A stretch of 64,000 nt of DNA from Balanoglossus misakiensis (GCA_040954595.2 CM082581.2:6564699-6628698); one strand, 5' to 3'; positions 52,301-64,000 are shown, counted from the stretch's first letter. Notes: generated by a model from the sequence alone, not told the origin. A program made the numbers and translations.

Positions 52301-54777
52301 TGATCTCTCGAATGCTTACGTTTATAATCTTGCGACGCCCGATCCGTTTTCACGCACCATAATGATTCGGGATGGTTTTAAATCATAATACGCCGGGAAC
52401 ATTAAGACGGTATTTTAAAGATACTTCGTTGCAACAAACCCCGCTTCCGGCAACGCAGTATCATCTGCGCATGCAGAATACTGTGATGTCAAATTTGTAT
52501 GTAATCTTTTAGGTTCTAGGCTCGTCACTGTAACTGATATACTCTACTATTAACATCAAAACAGTTGAACCCCTGAAACTCCATGATGGACTCAGTCATA
52601 ATGATGCCATTTGAGTTAGCAAGGAACAATTGTCGTTTAATTTATGAGACTTTTATTTTTTATTTTTTACCTTTTATTAGTGTACAATCATTGTGTTTCG
52701 TATTTCATTGTTATTCATATTTTCAATGTACTCTGTATGTGCGTGTTCAATACGTCTAACGTAATCACAACTTAAATAATGAATAAATGTTCCTATGAAA
52801 ACTGTTACTGCTGCAGCATGATTATATTACTGGAATAAACACCATTGAAAAACTAAGCAACTCTTTGATATCAATGCCCCCCCCCCCCCCCTCGCCGTAG
52901 AGCAATTACTGGATAATGTGAAGTATAGGCCAGACTATTTTACGCAGTCATTCATATAATCGAAGGTCACGTTTTAGAACAACTGATTATCTGCGTCTAT
53001 TCGTTAATTTCACAACGTATACAGAATCGGATTGAAACACACACGTGATCACACGTCGTTATTTCAATACCACGTCAGCAAACAGGTGGTCGTTGGCGGC
53101 GTACACGTGTAAAGTATCCCAATCAAAATTTGATAGTGCTGGAATATCTAGATTGGGCTATTACGGTCCCATACCGTGGACTGTATTAAGAAACGCTAAC
53201 CACTTTCTTACCAGTACTCTTCTTATTTGCCTGTGTAATGAGCTTTTTGAATTAGTCATATATTTCCGAAAATGCTATTGCAAATTGAATGACACCTGTG
53301 CGATGTACGTTGGGACATTTCGTTGCAAACGTGTCCTCACCATCCGTGGAACGACCATTCCTTCCTTAGACAATTTTCATGATTTTGTTGCATGACGAGG
53401 TTTACCAGATGGACTTCAATAATCGCCAGTCCGGCACTTCGATATTGTTCGCAAATCAATGATTTTAGCTACCCATTTTTACGTTCTGGCGAGTGTTGTG
53501 CTGTCCAATACTTTCGTTGCCAGACTTGCACGTAGCGGCGTGATATGTGGGGCTACTTGAGCGAAATTCTTAAAATTGGGGGGATTCGAACACAGTGGAA
53601 CTGTCAAGCTTCATATTGCCATGAAAGGTTTCTCCTGCTGTAGTTCACGATGCATCTCATTCACGCGAAGTTAAGAAGGATATCGTGAATGCAGTATTAA
53701 AGGTCTGACGCATTCAAATCAAACGGCCCTTTCATACTTCGCAGATTACAGCGCGATTCACAACGTTATGGCGGGGATAATAAAATAAATTGAGTACGCA
53801 GGATCGACGCGTCTGACTTGTGTTCGCGATTAATTTTGCGAGGAAGAATGGTCTCCTGGCAACGGGACCTGTTGCGAAAGACTCCGCTGACTGATTGGTG
53901 ATATTTGATTGGCCCATTCGACATTACAAACCCACTCCACTTGTAATTTGGTTCGAGATGTTGAGAAACAGGGGTGATATTTGTCATGTGACCTTCTGTA
54001 CAGATCCAACCTTTAACAGCGTCCGGATCTTACAATACAGAAAATGGCCTTCTATTCTGCGAATATGACCACGGACTAACTTCCTTGCAGAAGTTTTGTT
54101 TTCCTATAGCCACATTTTTCGTCTCCGTCCAGCCATTGATCATCTACAGACAGGATATCATGTCTGTCGCACCACCGATATTTCCATGCCTGTCGGGCGT
54201 GGTAAATCAAACCGGGAAAAAATTGTGAACGTCGAAACTATGATTCGTGACTGCACACCAGCAGAGGGCTTCAAAATAGTGGCTTTTTGCCACGTTCTGT
54301 TAATTTCGTTGAATTCAATCCGAGGGGAAATTTGCTGTAGTAAATTCGCTCTCCAACGCTTCTGGCTCTACCAGAAGCTGCGTGCAAGGACTGCTATGCA
54401 CGACGCGAATAGCAATTTCCGTGAAATAGCGACAGCTCGACAGTGGGGCGGAGGCTGTCCCTGTAGCCTAGGGTGGGCACGGCGCTTATCGATGTGTTAA
54501 AGGTAGCATGCAGCCCGAACTCAAAGAGACATGTTCTTTGGAAGGCGTTGGGCCTGGCTTGCTTGCTTGCTTGTCGCGCAATTTTGCGAGGGGAAAATCT
54601 TTGGATTAAATTAGACCAGTTCTCCATGTGGATGCCACGGGATGCACATACCCTTGAGAGTAAGCTTGAAAGAGCAATAAAACAGAACGTGATGTCTCGT
54701 TGGACCGGCGGATAGTCGCACCCCGGCGAACAATCCGACTTACAAATGTGTTCACTTACCCTGTATAATCAACCGCG

Positions 54778-55015
54778 GATTGGCGTTCATAGTCTCCGGG
54801 TAGGTTTACGCTTCGGTGTCGAATGCAGTCGGTAGGAGACGTCGAACCCAATCAGGCGAGGAGAACCGTTTGTGACCCCGTGAACTTCTTTGATTGGAGG
54901 ACGCTATAAAAGGGGGTGAAACCAAGACGAGTATAGGAGGCAAACGTCTTACACGCGACTTGTTGCAAAGCGCCGAGATTTCCCCTTCAAATCGAGCTAT
55001 GGTACGTGCGTAAGT
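54778..55015 (+). promoter_or_regulatory. Candidate CCAAT/TATA promoter with a short non-coding first exon
   Basis: CCAAT boxes at about 54779 (rev), 54849 and 54893 (rev); TATAAAAG at 54905-54912; consensus donor GTAAGT at 55010-55015. Confidence 0.45.
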
Positions 55016-55132
55016 GGATTTCTAGTGACTGGCGGTCAGAAAATAATGATTGTGAATTTTGACTTGTCAGGGTCAGTCTGTTTTGTATCGGATAGTTGGC
55101 TAACATGAATCAAAGGGGATTTAGTACGTTAC

Positions 55133-55808
55133 CTTGACTGTGTTGCTCCTGAGAAAAAAACGCAGACATTTTCTTTCCTGATCAGGAATTTTGGTGGAGG
55201 GTCACGTAATATTATCATCTCACACAGTGTTTCATTGTTCAGAAGACATTTGTACGAGTACGAATCCTCCAAGGCACGTTCTTGAAAAGTTGTATAACCG
55301 AACCAACTCGAGTTTTTGTGTCGCAACCATGCCAACGGCATCGTGTTACGACCCGCAGGCCGTCCAAGCCAAAAATATGCGGATAATAGAGAGGCCAATT
55401 TACGTGACCAAGTGACCAAACAAAAATTCATAACAAGTTCAAAGTCTCAAACAGTTCGGTGACTCGACGCCCGTCGATGCTGGACTTTCACTCGACGCAC
55501 AACAATTTTGGCCTTTCTGTCCGTTTAACGCCAGCGTACAAAAGACAGCCACGTATAACCTCAAATACAGTTCCACAGTCACACGGAGACGCGCTCCCTC
55601 AGGACGGCTCCCAAATTCCACGCGGCGTCCTCGAAAACATCCACCACGGCTTCACCAAGTCCCTTCGGCAGTTTCAATCTTCAGATACCACAGTCGACAG
55701 GCAAACTCCGTACGGTGGGCTCCCAAAACTCCTCCAAGGCGACGGCACAGCTACCAGACCAGAATCAAATTGAGCAACCCGACAACGTGGCACTGGATGG
55801 TTTTTATA
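55133..55808 (-). promoter_or_regulatory. Candidate TATA promoter and 5' UTR exon of the GPR83-like gene
   Basis: TATAAAAA on the minus strand at 55801-55808; CpG-rich UTR-like sequence; donor CAAG/GTAACG at 55133/55132; the GPCR coding exon has an unpaired acceptor. Linkage is inferred. Confidence 0.35.
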
Positions 55809-56787
55809 CGACCAAAAACTAACACCTGGTCACGCTAATATGTTAAATAAAGAAATAAACATAGGTGCACCTGGCCACGAAAACAATAGAAAAACTTCTA
55901 CGTAACAATCGACATGGAAGAGTTGACCATAATGATGTAAATTTTACAGGCAACGTTTGATTGCGTTCTTCCTCTGTATAAAGAGAATGATGCACACCCT
56001 GTACGCGATGAAACTACAAGCCCCCCCCCCCCAGGGCTGTAACAGTCTCGTTAAATTATCCCCCGAGTTTCAGCGTACCCGAACTGTTGTGTAGACGTGC
56101 AATTCTACACACTGGGCCCATAAACGTGTGCAGATTTACACTACGGAGTGCATTATGTGTTAGTTGTAACAATATGACAGCAGATGCACTTACCACATCT
56201 TACAATGTCACACCAATGGTTGGGCAGACATCAGAATGTTATTGCCCACGGGATTTAGTGAACTTTCCCACCATCACGGAAATGCAATCATGTGTACAAC
56301 ATGCACCACCGTTTCTTGTGCACAAAGATGTTTCTACTATAGCGTCACGGCCGAACAACTGAAAATTAACAGAGGCGCGCAATTTATCAAAGCCATCAAC
56401 GGTGAAGGTCGTTTTACGAGTAGGCGGAGGTTTTATGACCTTCTCTTGATAATATCTTAACAGGTTGGTGTGCTCCAAAATTAATTTCTTCTGACGGTGT
56501 TGCAAGGTAGCCTTTTTTACAACACGATAGTGAAACTGTGAATGAGATATTCAATTTTTTATGCCGTAACCTCCTTTCATTGCAAGTATCCTGTATTGTA
56601 CACCGCTCGTGGACGTTTCCATGAATTGTCAAGATCAGTACAAAAGAGCATATCCCACGTGGACACGTTTGCCCGGAGGATACGCAAACGAAATGCGCAA
56701 ACGAAAGATGGGGAAATCCGAAATGTGAATATATTTTTTATCCGGTATCTGTAGAGAGAAATGTTGATGCCAGGCAAGATTAACCCT

Positions 56788-56885
56788 TATAACCCTTTCA
56801 ACCCATTTCCCTGTATAGAGGTCCAACTTTGCCGTAGAAAACAATGGATTTGGACCAAACCATGGTGGTGACAGGCTAGGGTTAA
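56788..56885. mobile_element. MITE family A, copy 3
   Basis: TAACCCTTTCA...ATAGAGGTCCAACTTTGCCGTAGAAAACAATGGATTTGGACCAAACCATGGTGGTGA...AGGGTTAA, homologous to 10320-10413 and 12449-12542. Confidence 0.75.
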
Positions 56886-58263
56886 CCATAACCGAGGAGA
56901 GAGGCAATGCGGACGTATAGTGCAGCTAATAGTTGTTGTGTACGGAGTATGTTCCAGACTTATCACTCGATGACAAACAGTGCACTCACTTCGTTGTTGT
57001 CAGGTTTCGTGTCACCCCGCGGGTAGCAACTCACCGACGCAAATTCATTGAAAGTGCATTGAACAGTTATTGAAAATTCCAAAGTTCTTCGAGAATTGCC
57101 CAAGGAAGGTTTCTCTTCTTCCGTCAAAAGAATTTCCCGCCTGTGCCCTGAAAATGGATCCTTAGCAGCGTGGGCAAACGCGAATACCCTCATGAAAAAT
57201 TGAGTCTAACCACGCTAGTTTCATATTTTCTACTTCTTGTCCCCAAGTCCTTGCTTATTACTGTCTCATTTGCATGGGCGGTTGATCGATGTATTTCTTT
57301 TAAAAACGCGTTTCCATCTAACATATACCGCTCGCCGGCGCGTCGCCAGTTATTTATTTTGGAATTCGAAGTTGCAAAGATGGTTAGTTCTCCAGGCCGG
57401 GTAAGCGGAGTGTAATCCTACTTCATTGGAAAGTAATAAGAATGCCATAGCTAATTGTTGCACATCAACAATGCTAGCGATGTCGCGCGAGCATGATTCT
57501 CATGTAAAAACGAAGCACCAATTTCTTCTGTATTTTCAGTATTTATTCCAGTCAATGATTACTGGGGTTATCGTCGAGATACATCACATTGTCTACGTGC
57601 AAGAAACGTTTCTTGAATAAGAAAGACACTGATTAAAATGCAACTGCATACTATACCTCCGTGCTATGTATGCTAATTACTTTTAATCAAGCGTGGTGTA
57701 GCCTTTCTCTCAGGAAATGTTGAGCCGGCCAAGGCCGTCACTAGTGACGCAGTCAAAAACGCTCAGTTATGGAACAAATGTGTTGACAACGTCAATGCCG
57801 TGACTGAACAAAGGACATACAAAAAAAGGTTTGTAGTGGGGCTTTGCTTTGAAAAAAAGTATAATTGATCTACTGAAGTAACTATAGGCCTAGTAGTCAC
57901 AACTTTGATAACGTGCACATAGAAGTGAAAAACACATTGGCCTTTCTTTGAGTGATAGAAAGTATTCTTCTGCCATAGTATCTTAGAGACGGGGAGATTG
58001 CCAGGCGATATTCCAAATCACGTACTGAATTTTCATTTAGAACCTAATGCAGGTCAAAAGTCGTGGTGCATTTTGTAGCTGGCTCCTTGTAGATCGAAAT
58101 TTGCAGAGTTTGTCACGCAAATATTGCTAGTTATCTATTGATTTGTTTTTTTTTGCCTGATACAATTCTTCAGTCAAATTTCTTCAGATTCGACCTAAGA
58201 TACAGAATTTTTTTCCGTTTCCAAAAACAAACCACATTCACTCCACAAACTCTATGTCGATCG

Positions 58264-58398
<135 letters not shown>

Positions 58399-59996
58399 AC
58401 CCCTGAATTTACGTTCACCTTGAATAATGCTATACGCATTTAGATTTCTCTCATTTAAATCATAGGCTTCGCATGATAAGTAACGTAAGTTTTCAAAACG
58501 CAATTATTCTCTGGGTTGTGGGCAAACTAATATTTTCATCATCGTTACACAAAACAGTGGTGTTGTATTGACCCCATAAAGGAGATAACCGAAGTGTATC
58601 ACGTACAGATTATCTATGTACCTCAAACAAATGAAGAAATAGGAACCCGTCTTGAATTATGTATGTGGCTAAATTATTCATGGGGAAGCAGATCGTTGGT
58701 TTCAATGCGCTACCCCCCCCCCCTTCCCCGGCCTCCTGCAAATTGGAAACACAGCTCGGATACACGGGAAACAGAACACAGTGTTACATAAAACTCTCGA
58801 TGCCTGCGCCACTGCTCTACGACACTAACTTAACATACATGACCTGAGCATGCTCACGTGTACGTGGTTTGATACAGATTGAAAATCTGCAAATTAACAT
58901 TAAAATGTCGCGAAACACACACCACTGACTTTCAATGCAACTATATACAATGCTATATGCAGTGGCAAACGGTGTTAGGATCAATGTGTGTAGTTTAATG
59001 TAGAAGATGAAGATGATCAAACATTGTGTAACTTACCAAAAACGAACCCCATTCACTCCACACATGTTTGACAATGCGGAGACCCCCCCCCCCAGGGATT
59101 GAAACTGGCGTCGTTAAATTATCTGGGCTCGATCAACCGAGCGAGTAGAGATTATTTAACCACCTTCTTTCAATGGTGTAATTTTCGAAGCCAAACAATC
59201 GACGACAACTGTAACAGTTGTTGGTGGTCCCGTAACTTCTCAATGTTTGACAGAAAAGAAAAGAAAAACGTTCGCATAATACGAGGAGAGATTTTGTCCA
59301 CATTTCAACGATAACCAATTATCGCCAAATAGTTCCAGGTGTATTCAAACGACACAGTTGGACTTCAGCACACTCAAAGGTTACTCACGGAATGGGGTAC
59401 AATTAAACAGCGAAAAACGCGAGATACTCTTTTCAACTCCATACATTCGCCAACTATCATGAAAAATAAACGATCCTACTTTCTTGAACGATACCATGTT
59501 TTTTTCTGTCAGCTGTAAAGTATGAAAACCGTGACAAAGAAATGGAGCCAAAAAAGGAAAGAATGTGAAGTTGATATGTGCACAGCAATCTGCATGAAAC
59601 GGAAGTGATTTGGGAGACATTTACAAAACTTAGAATATGCTATCGTTGAAGCTTGCGAGACAGTGAAAAAAAAACGAATCGCTCATCATCATTATATATA
59701 GCACTCATCTTTGCTGTTACTACTAGTATTTTCCGCACTTTTTTATATTTCGAATCAAGATACTAAAGAGACACTTTCTAAAAATATCTCACATATGTCA
59801 CAAGTGATGATCTATTCCTGTTTACAACATCGGATTATTTTTGTGTTTGAGACAATGTTTTAAAGAGATGCAAAATCCATCTGAACAAGCTATACCGTTT
59901 CATTCCATCTTCAAAGGCTAAAGGGGTGGGTAGATTTTTTCCGTTTATTTTCGAGTTCTGACATTTTTCATAGATCGTCTTGAACGCGCAATTGCA

Positions 59997-61559
59997 ATGA
60001 GGCTATTATTTGCTGTATCGACTCTTCTGGCCGTCGCAAACTGCAGTGTCGACGTCGAGCACCCGTTTCGATCGAAGCTGTGGATATGTACGTCTTCCAC
60101 GGTCAGGGGGTATGACGACGCCGCGTATGATTTTGTTCCAACGCACGGCGTCGAGTGTTTCGATGAGATAATGGCGTTACCCGAGGAGCTGGAAAACGAG
60201 ACGCCGATTCACACGATTGAGGTGTTGAAGGTTGTCAGTAATTACATCGGACCGACCAATACTTTCAGAGCCGTGGACATTGTCAGTGACAAGTTGGATG
60301 CAGTAATGCAAATGGTAAAGCATCAATACTGTAATGATCAAAACGATTGCGAGTACTTAAAAAATCTCGGAGCATTTCGAACCTTTACTTTAATATACAT
60401 GTATAGCACACTACAAAGGGTATGTTCAATGATGTGAACGGAGATACAGACTCTGCCAGCAAACTGACTTGTTTGCCATTCTGAAACACCTTCGCGCTGG
60501 TTTTCCCTCTTTTACCGTTCACCTTTGTCTATATCCTCCCGCGCAATACCACTTCATCTGATTGCAGCTTTTTCGCATTTTTACAGGGATCCGAGATCTC
60601 TGGCGACCTATCGGTTAATGAGTGCTTAAATTGTACAGCCAAAATCTACGCTGGCAATAGACTCGCCAAAACGTGCAGTGAAATGGAGGTAGGTTTTAAT
60701 TGAAACATTTATTAGTCGGTGATAAGGCAATACGTTCACTTAACTTTGCCTTTGGAGGTTAGGTTTGAGTTATATTGATTATACTTCATTAACCAGGCAG
60801 TGTTATATGGGTGATCGAGTTCTTCCTGCTGATAAGTGCGTTTCAAAGTCAGAAATAGGACTCTATCTAGCCAAATAGAAAGGGGTACATGTCATACTGC
60901 TGCCGGCATTTCCATACGATATGTCTATACCAGCTTCGTGTTTTGCATTGTGAATGATTGACTCACGGTTACTAGAAGAAGACGGTTAGGAAACTATTTT
61001 TTCTCCATTGTTAGATGCTCGCCTCGGTAAACACTTAGTGTAAACGAAAGATATCAGGTGCTAACGAGCCTGGCCATACGAATAAACAGACAGAATAACT
61101 GACCGCTCGGTCAAAATGACGTCATTACCCCTACAATCCAAAGCAAACCATACTCATGTTTACGGAATTGCTTGCACGCAGTAACTGTGATTGACTCTAC
61201 CCAAATTAGTCACGAGGGCGCGATTTGGTTCACGATAACCGTGCGTTTATTCAGGATAAGATTCTGGTTCAATATCTGTGATTTCGCTAACGTTTTCTGG
61301 CAAAATATTGTTGTATCAGGTCTATTTAAAATAAGTTCTCGGGAATAAATCTTAAATCTTGACAATTGATTAACAATTTTTTATCATTTTTTCTTCTATT
61401 TAGATATGTCCTGAGAAACTCGCCAAAGCAATAAACTGGCATCCATCGGGGAATGTCACATTTTCGTCAAGTGTCGTGTACTGTTCTTACAGATGTTCTG
61501 AAAATGCCTCCACCTACTACTGCAAGTTCTATCAACCTGAACACGATTTGGAATTGTAG
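59997..61559 (+). CDS. Orphan secreted cysteine-rich protein (about 226 aa, 3 coding exons), possibly helical-cytokine-like
   Basis: Exons 59997-60419, 60587-60688, 61404-61559, phase-0 GT-AG introns with good pyrimidine tracts; acceptor at 59971-59973 before the ATG. Signal peptide MRLLFAVSTLLAVANCS, 11 further Cys, sequons NET, NCT, NVT, NAS; ends EHDLEL*. AATAAA at 61679-61684. Confidence 0.75.
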
Positions 61560-62039
61560 AATGCAACGTGAAGTACAGCATTTCGACGCTACCATTGAAA
61601 ATATTTGAGAGGCGGTCACTATAACTTTTCTTTGGGTGATGGTAGTGTGAAACTATTTCATCATAAATCTTTGAAAATAATAAAAAAACATGAAGTCCAA
61701 GAAAATTGGCTGAATCACGGGAAAAGAGGCAGTCTGTTATTCCTGTGCAGTATTCACAGTAGTTTTCCGTCAATAATCGAAGTCCTAGATCCCCAAATAG
61801 AACACATCTTCTCAAAGTCATGATACAGGAGAACCCGATCGTATACAGCATACATCCATATTGACACAGCGGTCACGTGACATGAATTTTCACCCTTTTT
61901 TGCAAAGACGTTGCACTGTTTCTGGCTGACGTTTTGAATTGGTAGGCATCCTTTAAAACCGTTTTGTTTTATTGTTGTTCTATGTTTGAATTGTGCTTGA
62001 TTCTATACCCGCATACTGTACAGTAGTGTGTTAGAGACA

Positions 62040-62640
62040 AAATTCTGCAGATCCTTTAAATCTCGGAGACGAGAAAAGAATATAGCCCCGTGACTCCCGC
62101 CTACGACTGAGAGCAATATTGTGCCTTTTCCAAGAATCAGTGAACAATGAGCATCTCTTCTTACATCTTGGATCCATATATTTTTTGTTTATCCTCTAAG
62201 CACTCTCTGGGAGGCGCATTCGGGTTTATGAAGAATAAATGTTAGAACGGACGCAGAATAATTTTGCAGTTCCTTAAATTGAAAGCGGTAAAAAATTAGG
62301 ACGAATGTCGCTCCTGGCCTCTGCCTATATACGACTGAAAGCAACACTGGTGTTCTTCAGAAACAACTGGGCGCGGATGGGGTTATCACGTTTTAGCTTT
62401 GGGTCCTGTGATTTTTTCTTTATCCTATCTGTATTCGAGTTCTCGATTTTGTTTTTAAAAGGTAATAAATGTCGAAAAAGGTAAAAAATATCGTGTGTTA
62501 GGACTGCTCGGGGAAAGACGATTAATATGGTTCATGGCCCCCTTCATCTATGACTGAAAACTGTGTCGTGTTCCCAAGCAGCCACTGAAAGGTGAGGTAA
62601 CCGTGTCACATCTTCAGTTCCTGTAATTTTTGTCCTGCCA
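62040..62640. repeat. Three degenerate tandem units of about 220-230 bp
   Basis: Anchor TA(C/T)GACTGA at 62102, 62330, 62549, each followed by similar GTG..TTC and TCC...ATTTTT..T(T)ATCCT/TGTCCT blocks. Confidence 0.6.
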
Positions 62641-62676
62641 AAGTTTTATTTTCGTGAACTATTGCTGGTGTTGGCG

Positions 62677-63875
62677 TTATCTTCTAAATCCTCTATAGAT
62701 GTTTTCTTCGTCGACACGCCCTGCAACGTCGGTCCGCGTAGCGTCAAGGGCGTCCCTTTTGCCTCTCGAATCGTTTGTAGTGGCAAACTTTTCCGTTGCG
62801 GCCGTCAGATTTGATGTGAACACTTCCGCGGCCAGTTCTTGCCATGTTGAAATCGAAACGTCTCCAGAGTTCAGTTCTTGCCGTGCTGTAGTTGATACGC
62901 TTTCTGGATCTGGCTCGAACGATGCGGTAAATAACCCCCGCGCGGCACTGGTCGTAGTCATGGCATCATCGACCGCCTGAGTAGTAGTGTCGTCCAACCC
63001 GTGCATCCTTTCGACGTCAATCTTGCAACTTTGAACGTAAAGCTTCTGTTGTTTGAACACTTGATCCAGCACGGTTGCATTGATCCCGTCCGATCGTATA
63101 TTTAATCTCGGAAGGCTGTCGTCTCTTGCGTCTTCTAAGAAACCTTCATCGAACAACTGCGTATGAAAAAGAATGTCATATGGTGATGTATGATGTACGA
63201 CTTCACCTCGCACGACAATCTACAAATGCAAGAGAAAACACAATCTCTCCCTCCCCAGAGCCCAACAAGCGAATGGCCATTCCTATTCTGTAGACAATTA
63301 ATTTATACCACCACCATCTTACGCTGAAATATTTTTAATCAAATACCAAACAGTTAACTTTACCTTAGAGCTAAATTTGACGATAACGCGCCTCAGAAAG
63401 TATTCCACCTCAAGCACCGAAACACACCGACAGGTATCTCCAGAAGCGCACCATTGGTTAGATTTGACGAGTGTCATAAATTGTTGAAACCAGCGTAGAC
63501 CCCGCCGATAAAACTTCAGTCTTTCCTGCATTAAAATTGGAAGAAAGGAAATGACTATTTCTCCTCAACCAACGAAACAGCAACGAAAGGGAATGTGTAT
63601 ATATCGACGCCGGTGGCGCACTAACAGTTTTCAAAACTGTCCGAGTTGCCAGTTCGAGAGATAGTATGAAAAGAGTCCCTCGTGCACCGAAATGTCGAAT
63701 GTGGTTTTGATTACTGCTAGTAGTTTTTTTTTATATCTTGGAAAATAATAAGTCACTGCTTTACCGTTTCGTTGACTTGACTATGACGCGGCAATGGATT
63801 TGGCATGCCTAATTCATCCAGGTAGCTCAGTTGAAGTCCATCCATGGTGGTCGTCCCATTTGGGCAGCTGTTGAT
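62677..63875 (-). CDS. 3' part (last three coding exons) of a putative long-chain four-helix cytokine-like protein with a Thr-rich C-terminal extension
   Basis: Exons 63875-63765 (111 nt, INSCPNG...LGMPNPLPRHSQVNET), 63525-63364 (162 nt, ERLKFYRRGLRWFQQFMTLVKSNQWC...KFSSK), 63219-62677 (IVVRGEV...YRGFRR*); all phase 0, GT-AG, open throughout. The gene model is well supported; the product call is an inference; the 5' exons lie beyond 64000. Confidence 0.7.
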
Positions 63876-64000
63876 CTAAATAGGAAATTAAAAACAATTA
63901 AAAAACATAGGACGGTATAGTTAAGGGGAACGTACAACATCATTAGTGGGTAGTAATTTCTAGTATTCCCCAAGGGTGGTACAAGTGGGCAAATATCTTC

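Noticed and set aside
60156-60332. FAM237/NPGL-like Cys spacing in the plus-strand orphan (C54 to C112)
   Set aside because: Only about 6 of 57 identities to my remembered sequence, at chance level for amphipathic helices, and the register conflicts with the paralog alignment.

Overview
Eukaryotic (invertebrate animal, possibly a deuterostome; taxon is an inference) genomic DNA with GT-AG introns, so the ORF track shows only exon fragments; I assembled the gene models by hand. Left part (about 3.7-20.8 kb): compact, visibly CpG-poor cluster of IDH3B (-, 10 exons), a bacterial-type AhpD/CMD peroxidase-related gene (+, 4 exons), HPDL (-, 5 exons) and DNA polymerase lambda (+, 9 exons), arranged as two head-to-head pairs, then an intronless sulfotransferase (+). 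Right part (21-64 kb): CpG-rich and gene-poor, with a GPR83-like GPCR (-, single coding exon, very long Pro/Ser-rich tail), MITE-like hairpins and a (GAT)n microsatellite. It ends in two convergent orphan genes. The minus-strand one (5' end outside the window) has exon sizes, phase-0 introns and helix motifs resembling IL-6/G-CSF/CNTF long-chain helical cytokines. The plus-strand one is a secreted Cys-rich protein sharing an M-x2-VK-x1-2-Q-[YW]-C-x5-C motif and an equivalent intron with it. This putative cytokine-like pair is the most novel signal. All homology calls are by eye against remembered sequences and need database confirmation.
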